The notes under the pieces: generated by a model
The model's database searches: none
The model's input: only the letters and a program-made list of their open reading frames with translations
What the model was told of the DNA's origin: nothing
Source of the DNA: Octopus sinensis
Lineage: Eukaryota
Assembly (NCBI RefSeq): GCF_006345805.1
Contig: NC_043021.1
Location: 22,568,001-22,632,000, forward strand
DNA: 64,000 bases
Direction: 5' to 3'
Program-made: the position numbers and the translations under genes
Shown: one piece after another, positions 12,936-26,440 of the stretch
Position numbering within the stretch: position 1 is the first letter of the stretch
How the letters are laid out: every line of letters begins with the position of its first letter

Positions 12936-13276
12936 TAATACTGTTGTCTGATTACAGTGTTGTAGCTAGGAGATGAGAATAAGAATGTTGAATATTTAAT
13001 ATAATTCATAATCTCATCATTGGTGTGTGTGCAGTGACGGAATATCTTTTATTTTCGCTTTCTACTATACGCATAACACTGGCAAATATCGGGGCTGGTG
13101 GTTACTCTACAACGTAGTCCCCAGGGCCCATCTGATACTTTACTTTTTTCTTGACCCTGAAATTTATAAAAGACAAAGTCAATATCTGTGGAATATAGAC
13201 TTAAGATGTGTACACCGATTTATTCATTCTTTACAGGTGAAACATTTTAGATTTTATCAAAAAGAAATATATTCAT

Positions 13277-13693
13277 ATAGGCGTAGGAGTGGCTGTGTGG
13301 TAAGTAGCTTATATACCAACCACATGCTTCCGGGTTCAGTCCCACTGCGTGGCAATTTGGGCAAGTGTCTTCTACTATAGCCTCGGGCCGACCAATTCCT
13401 TGTGAGTGGATTTGGTAGACGGAAACTGAAAGAAGCCCGTCGTATATATGTTTATATATGTATATGTATGTGTGTGTATATGTTTGTGTGTCTGCGTTTG
13501 TCCCCCCAACATCGCTTGACAAACGATGCTGGTGTGTTTACGTCCCCGTCACTTAGCGGTTCGGCAAAGAGACCGATAGAATAAGTACAAGGCTTACAAA
13601 GAATAAGTTCTGGGGTCCATTTGCTCAACTAAAGGCGGTGCTCCAGCATGGCCACAGTCACATGACTGAAACAAGTAAAAGAGAGTAAAGAGT
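13277..13693 (+). mobile_element. SINE family A, full length
   Basis: A box TGGCTGTGTGG, B-box-like GGTTCAGTCCC, internal (TA)(TG) tract and AAAGAG tail repeats. Confidence 0.92.
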
Positions 13694-14459
13694 ATACGTC
13701 AAGATTATATTTGGGAACCAAAAAATTTTATTTCGACGCACCAGTGTTTTGATCGAAAGTAACGATGCCGGTAGGTTTAACCTACACACTACTTCGACTT
13801 AAATACTGAAAAATAAGATACCCATTTGTATAAGGAATAAATATGATTTTACAGGAAATTATTGTACTTTCAAAAGTAAACGAAAACGTGAAAAGGAATC
13901 TTGTATGATCTGAACCCTGCCTATTCAGATTCAAAACTTTATATGATATAACAATAAAAAAAAACACTACTTCACCAGAACATCTACAATATATTCGTAG
14001 TTTTTACCCTTGATCCGTTCAGATAATTATACGGCACGATTCATCTCACAATTTGTTCCATTTTACGCCGTTTTGCGTCTCAACTAATTTTCATTTTATT
14101 TCAAACTTAGTTTATTTTCTGTTTACTTCAAGTGTGCATTGGTAAATTGTAATTTGATACCAAACGCGAATCTAATACATTTTATATAGTTCAGTAGACA
14201 CAAACGCGTTCTTGCCATCTTCTTTCATCAAGATTTATAGTGTTTTTCTTTTTTTTTTTTTTGCAATATGTACCAAACGGCGTGAAAAACGAGAAAAGAG
14301 GAAAAAAAATTACAATCTTTATCTAATAAAGAACAGCTAAATAGAAATCTTTTGCAAGTGGTTTGATTTTTTAAAAAAATTGCTTTATAATCATCTGTGC
14401 ACATGAATGCACAAATATATATATGTATATAAAAGAATAATGAGCATATAACTACACCT

Positions 14460-14563
14460 ACCTTGTGTACATGTATAAATATATATGTATATATATGGAG
14501 ATATATATATATATATATATGCTCGCATGCGCATACAATGTGATTCTGTGGGCATATATATGC

Positions 14564-14608
<45 letters not shown>

Positions 14609-14720
14609 GTATATGTATATATATATATATACAACATATGTGCATATATATGCGCACAGAATCACATATTGTAGTATGCGCATGCACCCATATATACATA
14701 TATATATGTATACTATAATT
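14460..14720. repeat. Compound (TA)n/(TATG)n microsatellite
   Basis: Direct inspection. Confidence 0.95.
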
Positions 14721-15678
14721 ACATATATGTGTGTAGATGCGTAACATTTACATGCATACATTGATATGTTTGTTGGTAGTGACATACTTACATATGTGTA
14801 TGATATATGCTTGTCTATATGCCTATACCAGAGCTAAACGTCTTCTTTTTGGAGTAAAGTATTGATTATCATAAAAAAAAAAGACAGTGAAAAAAAGGAA
14901 AATCAAATGAAGCAAGCTAAATTCCTGCTGCTCTCAGCCCTACCCATTCTCGTTAAGTGAACATAGATATAAGGTGTTTGCTATTACTTTTCTATGCTTT
15001 GCTACGATATGTATTTACATTCAATTGTATCATGTGAAACTTACAGTACTTCGCTATGAACTACATTCTCTAATCTGGGCATTTCTATAGGTGAGTTTAG
15101 AATAGACTATATAATGAAGAAATGTCTAATTTTTGTGGGCGTTTAAAAACTAGTAATAATGTAGCCAAACTATAGAATATAATAAATACTGCACATATTC
15201 CTCCAAATTACTTCATCATAGTTTGACGCAATCATTCAGCCGTGCTACATTAATGTATTTTACCCCAAAAATTATACCACATGAAACGGAATAGCGCTGA
15301 GACAACTCGATCGTTCGTTTACTTGGTATTTAGAAAGTGATTTTTCACATTTAGTCAGACATATTTGCGATTAACATTTTCAAGACCACCAGCATAAATA
15401 ATAAGCATTTAAAAAATGCTATAATTATATAAATTAAAATCTCCTTAGTATAAGAAGCTTCCTTTCTAACTACCTATTTCGGGTTTCATCCTGTCACACT
15501 GCGTGGTTTTCGGGCAAATATCTTCTATAACAACTTGTGGTTGGATTTGTTTGACGGAAACTAAAATAAACTCCTCGTATTGTGCAAAGACTTTAAACAT
15601 TTTTTCAACCACGTATATCCCTCTTTATGTGTTCTCTACTTATTATTTCTTTACCCCTTTTCTTCCTAGGGCTGCCTT

Positions 15679-15686
15679 TGACGTCA
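15679..15686. promoter_or_regulatory. Perfect CRE palindrome TGACGTCA (others at 26655, 27649, 34245, 38602, 53547)
   Basis: Exact 8-mer present. Function is not shown. Confidence 0.35.
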
Positions 15687-15917
15687 GAGCTACAAAGGTT
15701 GTTTTTTTTAATATTTAATAGCGTTCTGTTAATAATTTATGCAGTCATCAGAATTGCTATAATCTCTTGTTGAGATAGGTTCTCTTTCCTTCCTTATGAG
15801 AAGATTACATTATTTTACAACGTTTATTCCTTTGGACTAAAACCTATGTTGTCTTCGAAACTTATGTCGAAAGGAAAAGAATTAGAATAACACCTGAGTT
15901 CAACTCCCATTTATTTA

Positions 15918-15973
<56 letters not shown>

Positions 15974-17574
15974 TATATATATACACTGTAAGTGTGGGTT
16001 TCTCCTCTATCACTCTATCACAGTTTGACAACCAGAACTGACTTGTTTACATCACCGTAGTCTAGCGTTTGAGCTCAAAGAAATCAAGTGACTACATACA
16101 AACTTGAAAAACAATTAAGTACTGTGGTCGATTTATTCGATTCGCCTCTTCAAAATCTTGCTCCGGTATGACATCAGCTGAATAACTGAGGCAAATAATG
16201 AAGTAACGAAATTTAAGAATAGACAAAATATCTTTGGATCGCAACATAATATTCATTTCATAGAGATCTTTATCAAACAAGGTTATACCTTCTGCTGAAT
16301 GACAGACTGTTGTACATACTTCAAATGGTAGGCTATCGCTTTACATATTTTTCAATTATGGTGTGAATATTCTCAACATGGAAAAGATGATTCCACAATA
16401 AATTTGTACCTATCAAGCTACTGGCAAAGCAGAATATATTCTTGCTTTAATTCTTTAAATGCAAAATTAAATGTCATGTTTATTCCAGGAATGACGTGAA
16501 TGTCTAATAAAAAGTAGAGTTTATATATTCTGCAAGTCGCGTTGCCTCAGTAATTTTCGTATATCTCAACTAAAATGCCTTCAGACCTGTCATCCTTAAC
16601 TAATATACAATAGTATATAAAAACCGCTTTCAGAAGTTGAAGGGTTAATCTTATTTCTCTATTAACAATATACATTTACAATGTTTTAAATAGATTAAAT
16701 GCAAACATTCAATATATACGCTGACAAAATAATTCCTGCTGATCATTGATAAATAAGGCATTATGTGTCTTATGACATTTTAAAATGCAATTTCCTTTAA
16801 GGAAGATAGTGTCATTCATCACATATTTTAATATCGAATGTGTTTCAAGCATTAAAGATGTACTATCTGAAAACCAACAACAACAAAAAATAAAACACAT
16901 GGTCGTTCAATTTGTTTCTCTCTACCCACAGGAATATTACAGACATGAACATAATATAATCGACACTTAAGCGTCTATCTAACTACATAGTGATTTCATT
17001 ATAACAATTTTATGATAGTTTTTGGGCTGCAATACAGATTAGCGTTAGGAAGCAGAGGAGATTGTACACAACCCTATCTACCTTAATATGGACGTGTTTC
17101 GCACACTTTATTATTCGATTCTGCACACGTTCGCAAGGATATACACTACAAGAATGGAACTCGTATCAAAATACATCTTCTTTCGATAAAATACGAACAT
17201 CATTTTTAAGCAAACTTTTAATTTTATCTATATCGTGTGTCTGTGTGAGCGTGTGCATTTCCATCTCGACATGTATACAGATATGTGTAATTCTTATCTT
17301 TTCTATATATACATACGGTAATGATAAGAGCTCTAGAGATGACTTGACATAATAAATGCATATCTTGCTTCAAGCGAAACAAAACTCTTTTGTATTCTTA
17401 TTTTTGGTTACATCTACTGTCTCATAATCGCCGTCTAGAGAGAGAATAGTGCATTATATAATCACCTGATATTCACTTAACAATCCGATAATGATGGTCT
17501 AATTAGGGTAATTGGACATATGCCTCAACGAAGGTTCCTAGCATCTACCTAGAAATATATATATATTGAATACC

Positions 17575-17617
<43 letters not shown>

Positions 17618-17645
17618 GTTATCTACGTATGCACCTATCTCTCAG

Positions 17646-17707
<62 letters not shown>

Positions 17708-17964
17708 CACACACACACATATTCCATGCGTATGTGCAGCTATAAGCGCGTGTATGTTACAAAATGCAGTATTTCTTTCATCGTTTAACTTATAACAAAG
17801 AATTTTATTGAAAGAATATTATCGAAAGAAATAAACATATAAAAAGTTTTATAATATCTGGAATGTGTAAAAGAAGAAGAAACCAAGTAGAATATGGGGA
17901 GATGCGCCCTGGGCTTTGTTTCTCATGTTCTTATACGAAACGTTTTGTATTCCGGTAAACGAAT

Positions 17965-18018
<54 letters not shown>

Positions 18019-18318
18019 TGATTTAAAAACCAGCGATTTCGTATTCTAGGTAGATGATTTCAAACTTAAAAAATGGGAACCATTTAAACCACGTATATGA
18101 GACTACGATAACTTAAATGCCTGGAAACTAAAACGAAAAATAATATGGTCACAATAATTGACTTTCGCGTGAAACTATGCACTTCTGTAGCTGCGAACGT
18201 TGTATCCGTAACTGTTGTATAATCGATTACTAATCCTTAGACACTTCTCTTGAATATATACACACAAACGCATGCACACACATACACAATTTCTCTTTCT
18301 CTATATATATATATGTAT

Positions 18319-18353
<35 letters not shown>

Positions 18354-20299
18354 TTGTGGGTGTGTGAATATTTCCATGTGCGTATGTGTGTGTGTGTGTC
18401 GATATATATATATATGTGCATGTATGTATGGATGGAAATGACTAGTTTTAAAAATGCGTTATGCATATATAAGATATAGGGAAATGACCGGTCTGAAAAA
18501 TGCGTATATATAAGACTACGGTGCGAAGTGTTCCATTATTAGGTGACCTCAATCGTATATTACAGGTAATTCAAAGTGTGATATCTGTCTAGAGGAAATG
18601 TATTATATAATTACTACAGAATTAGAATTACTAAATTGTAGAAACAATCTACTATTGCAATTTTTCCATAGATATAGAAGAGCATTTAAATATTTCAATA
18701 GTAAACAGCTTCGGAATTGTTGTTTTTGCTGTAATATAACATGCACAAAACACACAGACACAAATTGTTAAATCGTACGTAGATATTTGCAATAATCTTG
18801 TTGTAGGGAAGCCTTTGTTATAAAACATAACCTTGAATATTATATTTCGGATATACCTGAAATGTATAGATATTTGTCCGCGTGTATATCTGTCTATATT
18901 GTTTTAACGGAACGAATAAGTTCCGTAACACAGATTTCGAGTGTTTGCCTAAGAAGGCTACAAGTGTGAGGATCAAATCCGATTTTATTTTCTTTGGAAA
19001 ATTCACTATACTATAGCAGTAGCGTTTCGAGTGTGTTTTTTTCTAGCTATGGACTTACCATTGTATTAAAAACAAAATTTCAGGATTATATCGAAAATAA
19101 TGCCACATTAATACATTGACAAAACCAGCAAACTAGAAGCTAATGATGCATTCTGATACTGTAATTGCCGAATCTCTGTAAATATATCTAATGGTGTTAT
19201 ATTCCTATATAAGCGGATATCAAACGTAGATTGTTTTCTTCATTTTTTTGTGTGTGATTGTGTCTATTTGTGAAATGTGTATCATAGTGAGTGAAGATGA
19301 GTGTCAGTCGATTTGTCTCGTAGATGCAATCGAGAAAAATATTCCAATTTACACAGGCATATGTCATCGTTTGAGCTGTTGAACTCTCTGTCTGTCTGTC
19401 TTCGCCCTTCTCTCTCTCCCTCCCCCCCTCTCTCTCTATATATATATATATATATACTTGTGTGCATATATACTTGTGTATATATTTATATATTTACATA
19501 TATATCTATATGCATGTGAACATATATATATATGTATCTATATACATGTGTATACATACTCACTAACACACATATATGTATAAATATGTATGTATAGATA
19601 TATACACACATATGTAGATATATGTGTGTACGCTTCTAGAGACTTTTTAGTTTCAGTAACTTTATAAATGTGAAGTACGTCCATTTCATTAACTAGTGTG
19701 CATATCTATTTGTATTGCATGTTTATAATATATATACATACATACATACATACATACATACACACATACATATAGATAAATAGATATAGATATATTTAAA
19801 GCGTTTCTGTTCATGCATAGTTTGTGTTAATTATAGTATCATGTCAATAGGTTGTAGATGTGTCCAGACATGGCACATGCAAAATGATACATAATTATAC
19901 AATGCAGACTTATACGTTCCATAAATATAAAACTTATTTACAACGCAAGCAATTTGGGAAAATAACCAGTTTCCTGCTAGACAGATCCTCTGTGTCAGTC
20001 TCCTCTATTAAATATACCGAGATTCGACGGAATATATAAAAAGCTGTTTATAGGTAGGTATGTACGTAAGTATGTACGTAAGTATGTACGTATGTATATG
20101 CGTATGTATGTATATAAGTATGTATATCATATGTATTTACGTAGGTATATTACTACTTCTAATCAATCACATGATTTATGATTTCTCATTTCAACAAATT
20201 TACCTGAGTTAGGTATATGCGTATACATGCATATATTCATATATACGCAAATGCACATCTACACACACACACAAACAATTACACACACTCACACACATA

Positions 20300-20645
20300 C
20301 TCATATATATATATATATATGTATGCTTGTGTGTGTATATATGTATGTGTGTATATATGTATGTATGTATGTATATATGTATGTATGTGTGTGTATATAT
20401 GTATGTATGTGTGTATATATATATATGTATGTGTGTATATATGTATATATATATGTATGTGTGTGTATATATGTATATATATGTATGTGGGTGTATATGT
20501 ATGTGTGTATATATGTATGTGGGTGTATATGTATGTGTGTATATATGTAGGTGTGTGTATATATATATATATATTATATATATATATATATATATGCATG
20601 TTTATATACACACACATACATACATACATATATATATATATATAA
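20300..20645. repeat. Long (TA)/(TG)/(TATG) microsatellite
   Basis: Direct inspection; it produces the Y/I/C/V-rich ORFs in the track. Confidence 0.95.
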
Positions 20646-21294
20646 TTATACGCCTGAAATGGCACATCGTATTACGGCGTATGAATATATTTATCTCAGC
20701 AATAACCGTGCTCGATAAATGATTGAAGAATACTGTTCCTCTTTGCGTAATTGTTTTATTTATTATATAATTATGAACCACAATAAGACGTTTCTATTTT
20801 CACCATTATTCCATTACATCGGTCTGTGATCAGAGATCTTTGTTCTTTTTACTGTACTCAGTAAAGCGGAGATATCACTCTCCATCACACACACACAAAC
20901 AGAGGAATACCAATGTTATTCTTCTAAACGCTGATACTCTCTCTCCCTGTCACCAAGAACATAAGTAAACACTGCAAAGAATAGACACGACTTCGTTGAT
21001 TTCATGCTTTAATATTAACTCTGCTTTTTGTGTGTATATATATACACAAATTTAATGGTAAACTGAATACGAAATAGTCATAAACAGACAATAAAATCTC
21101 ACGGTACCATTTTCGTATTCATTATTTCCGATATAATATATTTATTAGCAGAGAATTTTCTTTGTGTATGTTACATTGTAAATGTACATATATTTAAATA
21201 AACATGATTCAGAAATGCTACTCTGTGCTATGTTCACAAAAATAATCGTCATTCTGTGATCACATTTGATATAGGTAAGGATTATATGTATATA

Positions 21295-21345
<51 letters not shown>

Positions 21346-21411
21346 AATTGCAGCGTGGAAGGTGTTTATAAGCCATTTAAGAAACACACAAAAGCCGTTC
21401 GAATCACTTCA

Positions 21412-21449
<38 letters not shown>

Positions 21450-21576
21450 ATACATATATAGATATAAACATATAAACACACATATATATAGAGAGATGGA
21501 TAGATAGATATGCATACACATATATACGTATATATAAAGATACGCACGCACACACACACACGTATATTTATATATG

Positions 21577-21626
<50 letters not shown>

Positions 21627-22127
21627 TAGATAGATATACACACATATACACACATGTATACATATATGGGTGTGTATGTGTGTGTGTCTTGTTTCGTCTG
21701 CAAATGAGTATACGCATGACACCCTTTTCATTTGTTTATGTAAGTGTATTAATATTTTTGTGTATATTCTATTAAGATCATATTAGTCTTCCGGTGCAGC
21801 AATCTGGTGCACATATTTCACGCGCGAAACACACACACACATGTTCCTTTTTATTGAAGGATACTTCTTTCTATTACATATAATCTGTTCCAGTGTGCCC
21901 GGAAACAATAGAGAAAACTGAAAATTATGAAAATGGAAAATGAAGACAATAAAATGACATCAAATTTAATAAACATGATCCATTAATTATCCATACAAAC
22001 ACACACACACATATATATACATATATTTATATATATATATATTAACCCCACACAGACATATGTTAATATGGATGTACACATACAGTTTGAGTTCATTTCG
22101 TTTTATAAATATTATATTTACATATAC

Positions 22128-22435
22128 GTGGAGGCGAAATGGCCTAGTGGTTAGGGCAGCTGAATCGCGGTCGCAGCATCGCGGTTTCGATTCCCAGACC
22201 GGGCGTTGTGTGTGTTTATTGAGCGAAAACACCTAAAAGCTCCACGAGCCTCCGGCAGGGGAGTGGTGGCGACCCCTGTTGTACTCTTTCACCACTCTTT
22301 CTTCTGTTGGCCTGCTCGCTTAGACAGCGGGGTGGCGTCATTCGAAGGCCAAAACAATGCAAACGCATTGTGACCAGCGATGTGTAACATCATCTCATGG
22401 TCTGGTCGGTCACGTGAATATCACGTGATCACGTG
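22128..22435 (+). mobile_element. SINE family C (tRNA-like head, RTE-type tail), full length with 14-bp TSD
   Basis: Head GGAGGCG.AATGGCCTAGTGGTTAGGGCAGC...GGTTTCGATTCCC and tail TGTGACCAGCG...GGTCGG(TCACGTGA)n. TSD ATATTTACATATAC at 22114-22127 and 22436-22449. Confidence 0.92.
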
Positions 22436-23341
22436 ATATTTACATATACAGGCATATGTGTCTAAGTGGGCGTGAGTGCGTGTGCATGTATGCATGGGTG
22501 TGTGTGAGTGCACGTGTATTTGCGCATCAGCATGTTTTTGCGTGTTTGTTCTGAGCAAGAGTAATAATGCATCTTGTGGAATAATTAATCTATTATTTGA
22601 ACCTAATTACTGAATTCCCCTCTATTACATTCATTTACTCTGAACGACGCTTCGTCCTGGCGCAATAAACTCAACGCTGAAATATATCTATACAGCCCGC
22701 ACACACATGAGTGTGAATATATATATATATACAAGTAGGTGAATGAATTATCCTATGTTTATCGTCAACATGGAAGATTGCATAATGTACCTTTTATTCC
22801 TTCGGAATAAAAATATGCTGTCTTCGAAAGATATGTCGAGAGTAAAGGAATTTTGTTGACATCTTCGTTCGACTCCATTCTTTCATTCATTTATATATAT
22901 ATATACATATATATATATCAAGCACTCATCTGCTGTCATCAGTTACTTATTATTTGCTTCTCTTTTTCTGACTCTCTTCTCACCAGAACTTATCCATTTC
23001 AACACACATTTCACCTACTCCGACCGACTCCGCTCAACCGATTATTTCACACAGTGACGTTCTAAAGTTCGATTTTACTAAACCATCTCAACACAGTGAC
23101 ATAATCTCTCTTTTGCCTCTCGCTTCCTTTCTTATGATATCCGCTCGTATTATTTTCTTCTTGTTGTCTGCCCAAAACCTTACAAAACCAAACAATAAAC
23201 TCCTTTACATCCTCCAAAACGTCTGTCTCATAAATGTGACGACGTCCTCCTCTTGATCCGTTTTCCAATTTCATTAATTAGCCTAAAATATTCATATACC
23301 CTCAATCTCTCATTTAATACTTATTGGCTATATAGACACTA

Positions 23342-23568
23342 TACTCTTTTACTCTTTTTACTTGTTTCAGTCATTTGACTGCGGCCATGCTGGAGCACCG
23401 CCTTTAGTCGAGCAAATCGACCCCGGGACTTATTCTTTGTAAGCCCAGTACTTATTATATCGGTCTCTTTTGCCGAACCGCTAAGTGACGGGGACGTAAA
23501 CACACCAGCATCGGTTGCCAAGCAATGCTAGGGGAACAAACACAGACACACAAACATATTCACACACA

Positions 23569-23616
<48 letters not shown>

Positions 23617-23773
23617 TACGACAGGCTTCTTTCAGTTTCCGTCTACCAAATCCACTCACAAGGCATTGGTCGGCCCGGGGCTATAGCAGAAGACACTTGC
23701 CCAAGATGCCACGCAGTGGGACTGAACCCGGAACCATGTGGTTGATTAGCAAGCTACTTACCAAACAGCCACT
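23342..23773 (-). mobile_element. SINE family A, near full length
   Basis: Reverse complement of the 13277 copy. Confidence 0.92.
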
Positions 23774-24214
23774 ATGCTTTTATTTGTAAGGTGTTCTGAT
23801 TAATACTGTGGCTACGAAAGAAATCACTCGGTACACGCTGTAATATAGTTAGTTAGGACTGACATCAATGCGTTGAAACGAGGAAATGAGATATTGGAGC
23901 ACAAAGTGGATCGTGCTCGGTGAGAGGTAATCGTTAAACAGTAAAGCATAAGCATTACGACTGGGCATTTTACTTGCACGTCATTGGTCGGGTAATTCCT
24001 CCGTTAGCGACATGTGTTCCGTTTTATATTTACCCTTTTTCTGATTGGCGTATCCCGCCAGCTTTAAAAGATTTTATCTCTTTGTGATAGAAATATTGTT
24101 CTTGTGTTGTGAGGTATGTTATACGGTAGGGATATGATATTTGTTAATATTCTTTCCTTGCTTTGCTTTGTATTGCGTTGCTATTGAACATTCTGGTAAA
24201 TGCATAGCATCGTT

Positions 24215-24633
24215 ACCTATTTCTTTATTACCCACAAGGGGCTAAACACAGAGGGGACAAACAAGGACAGACATAGGTATTAAGTCGATTACATCGACCC
24301 CAGTGCGTAACGGGTACTTAATTTATCGATCCTGGAAGGATGAAAGGCAACGTCGACCTCGGTGGAATTTGAACTTAGAACGTAAAGACAGACGAAATAC
24401 CTATTTCTTTATTACCCACAAGGGGCTAAACACAGAGGGGACAAACAAGGACAGACATAGGTATTAAGTCGATTACATCGACCCCAGTGCGTAACTGGTA
24501 CTTAATTTATCGACCCCGAAATGATGAAAGGCAAAGTCGACCTCGGCGGAATTTGAACTCACAACGTAACGCAGACGAAATACTGCTAAGCATTTCGCCC
24601 GGCGTGCTAACGTTTCTGCCAGCTCGCCGCCTT
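24215..24633 (-). mobile_element. Family B SINE dimer (one head, two bodies) with approximately 18-bp TSD
   Basis: Two ACCTATTTCTTTATTACCCACAAGGGG-initiated units. Flanks ATGCATAGCATC(G/A)TTACC at 24200-24217 and 24640-24657. Confidence 0.9.
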
Positions 24634-25783
24634 AAAATGATGCATAGCATCATTACCAAACGGTGTTGTGCTTAATGGGATGAATATTTTGGAATCGAGA
24701 TATTTGCAGCTTCTATCATTTTAATGAAATATGTGAATGTTGCTAATGAAATCTAGCGTTGGAGTTGTCATATTTATCTAAATGAGACAACCAGCTAGAA
24801 ACTTAGGTATTGAGGAAACCAACAGCACACCAAATCCTGATAATGACTCTGAGTTAGTCTGGAAGCGTCCGGAGAAATTGATTTAACCAAACTAACTGCA
24901 ACGTACGGAAAAAGCCGAAGAATGAAAGCTGAACTGCAAAAATTACGCTATGGTTGCGAAGCAAAGTTACTCTTTCGGACATATCTTAAACTCATTCGGA
25001 GCGTGACTAAGAAATATTTTCAGTTATAAATTTAAATTTCTGGTGCGACACTTCTCAGAACGTATGACTCATATTATATTTTCCGCTTGTTATTCAGCTT
25101 CGTTCCGTGATGGCAAATCTGTCGTAATTGGTGTTGGACAGCAAACCAATGATAGGAAACAGAATCCTACAAGTACAGTAGAAACCGGTGCGCTGACGCA
25201 TATAACTCGCCCACAAATAATGATTTACTTAGCAATCTATCTACATTCACACAAAATCAGACATGGCAAATGTCTACATATTATCCCTACTCATATTACT
25301 AAAGAAACACAACAGAACTTGTCTTTTAATCTTGGATACACTGTTAGTGAAATATCAAGGGAAAGGTTAAAGTTTTGGTGGCCAAATAGCAATGACACGA
25401 AGCTAAAAGAGAAATATCTACATTTAAGTCAATTATGAAAAAAAAATATCATCTCATCTAAATCCGATATGTTGCATAGAATACATGTATAAGTTTAAAT
25501 TAGCTACACGGCAAACATACACACATATTACTTACACAGAGGCACACACATACACACACACACAACTTATATCATATATCAATGGTGCCAAGTATTCTCG
25601 CTGATAGATTCAATGAGTGTCTGTATATCTATGTTTGCATTCGCCTATTGAGAGGAAAATATCGATTTACAGAGTTATTGATCTGTATCGGAGGATAAAA
25701 TAGCTAAATTGATGGGAAATTATATAGCTTCATAGGTGTGTGTGCATACTTAGATATATACATATACATGTACAGACGTGTAC

Positions 25784-25784
<1 letters not shown>

Positions 25785-25859
<75 letters not shown>

Positions 25860-26066
25860 TATATTATATATATATGTGTGTGACTATGTGTGCATGTAAA
25901 TATGTATGCATGTACATATGTATGTGTGCATGTATATATGTATGTGTGTGTATATATATATGTGTGCGTGTATGTGTGTATATATATATTTATATGTATA
26001 TGTGTATATATATATATATATTCATTCACACACACATATACATATATATATATCTGTATGTATGCA

Positions 26067-26107
<41 letters not shown>

Positions 26108-26440
26108 TATCTGTATGTATGCATATATGTATATATATATCTGTATGTATGCATATATGTATATATATATCTGTATGTATGCATATGTATATATATATAT
26201 ATATATCTGTATGTATGCATATATGTATATATATATATATCTGTATGTATGCATATATGTATATATATATATATATATATCTGTATGTATGTATATATGT
26301 GTATATATATTTGTATGTGTATGTATGTATATATGTGTATATATATTTGTATGTGTATGTATGTATTTGTGTGTATATATATTTATGCAAATATACATAT
26401 CTATGTATATATATATAATATATATATATATATACGTGCA
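25785..26440. repeat. Long compound (CT)n/(TA)n/(TATCTGTATGTATGCATA)-type satellite
   Basis: Direct inspection. Confidence 0.95.

Noticed and set aside
13277-13360. tRNA genes at A/B-box-containing heads (also 22130, 34878, 63703)
   Set aside because: They run straight into SINE bodies and tails and I could not fold a complete cloverleaf.
15048-15090. Small AG...GTGAGT exon-like segment
   Set aside because: All three frames contain a stop. It could only be a UTR exon, and nothing else supports it.
22987-23256. Strong pyrimidine acceptor followed by an 89-codon open frame
   Set aside because: The frame reflects pyrimidine-rich low complexity; no donor and no homology.
23339-23745. Recurrent ORFs such as MLGGQTQT.., ..PPSIA.QPMLV.. 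and ..LEHRLLVEQIDPGTYS
   Set aside because: These are chance frames within family A SINE copies.
25043-25438. 131-aa plus ORF with a possible exon at about 25099-25171
   Set aside because: Weak donor (ACAA|GTACAG) and an unrecognised peptide.
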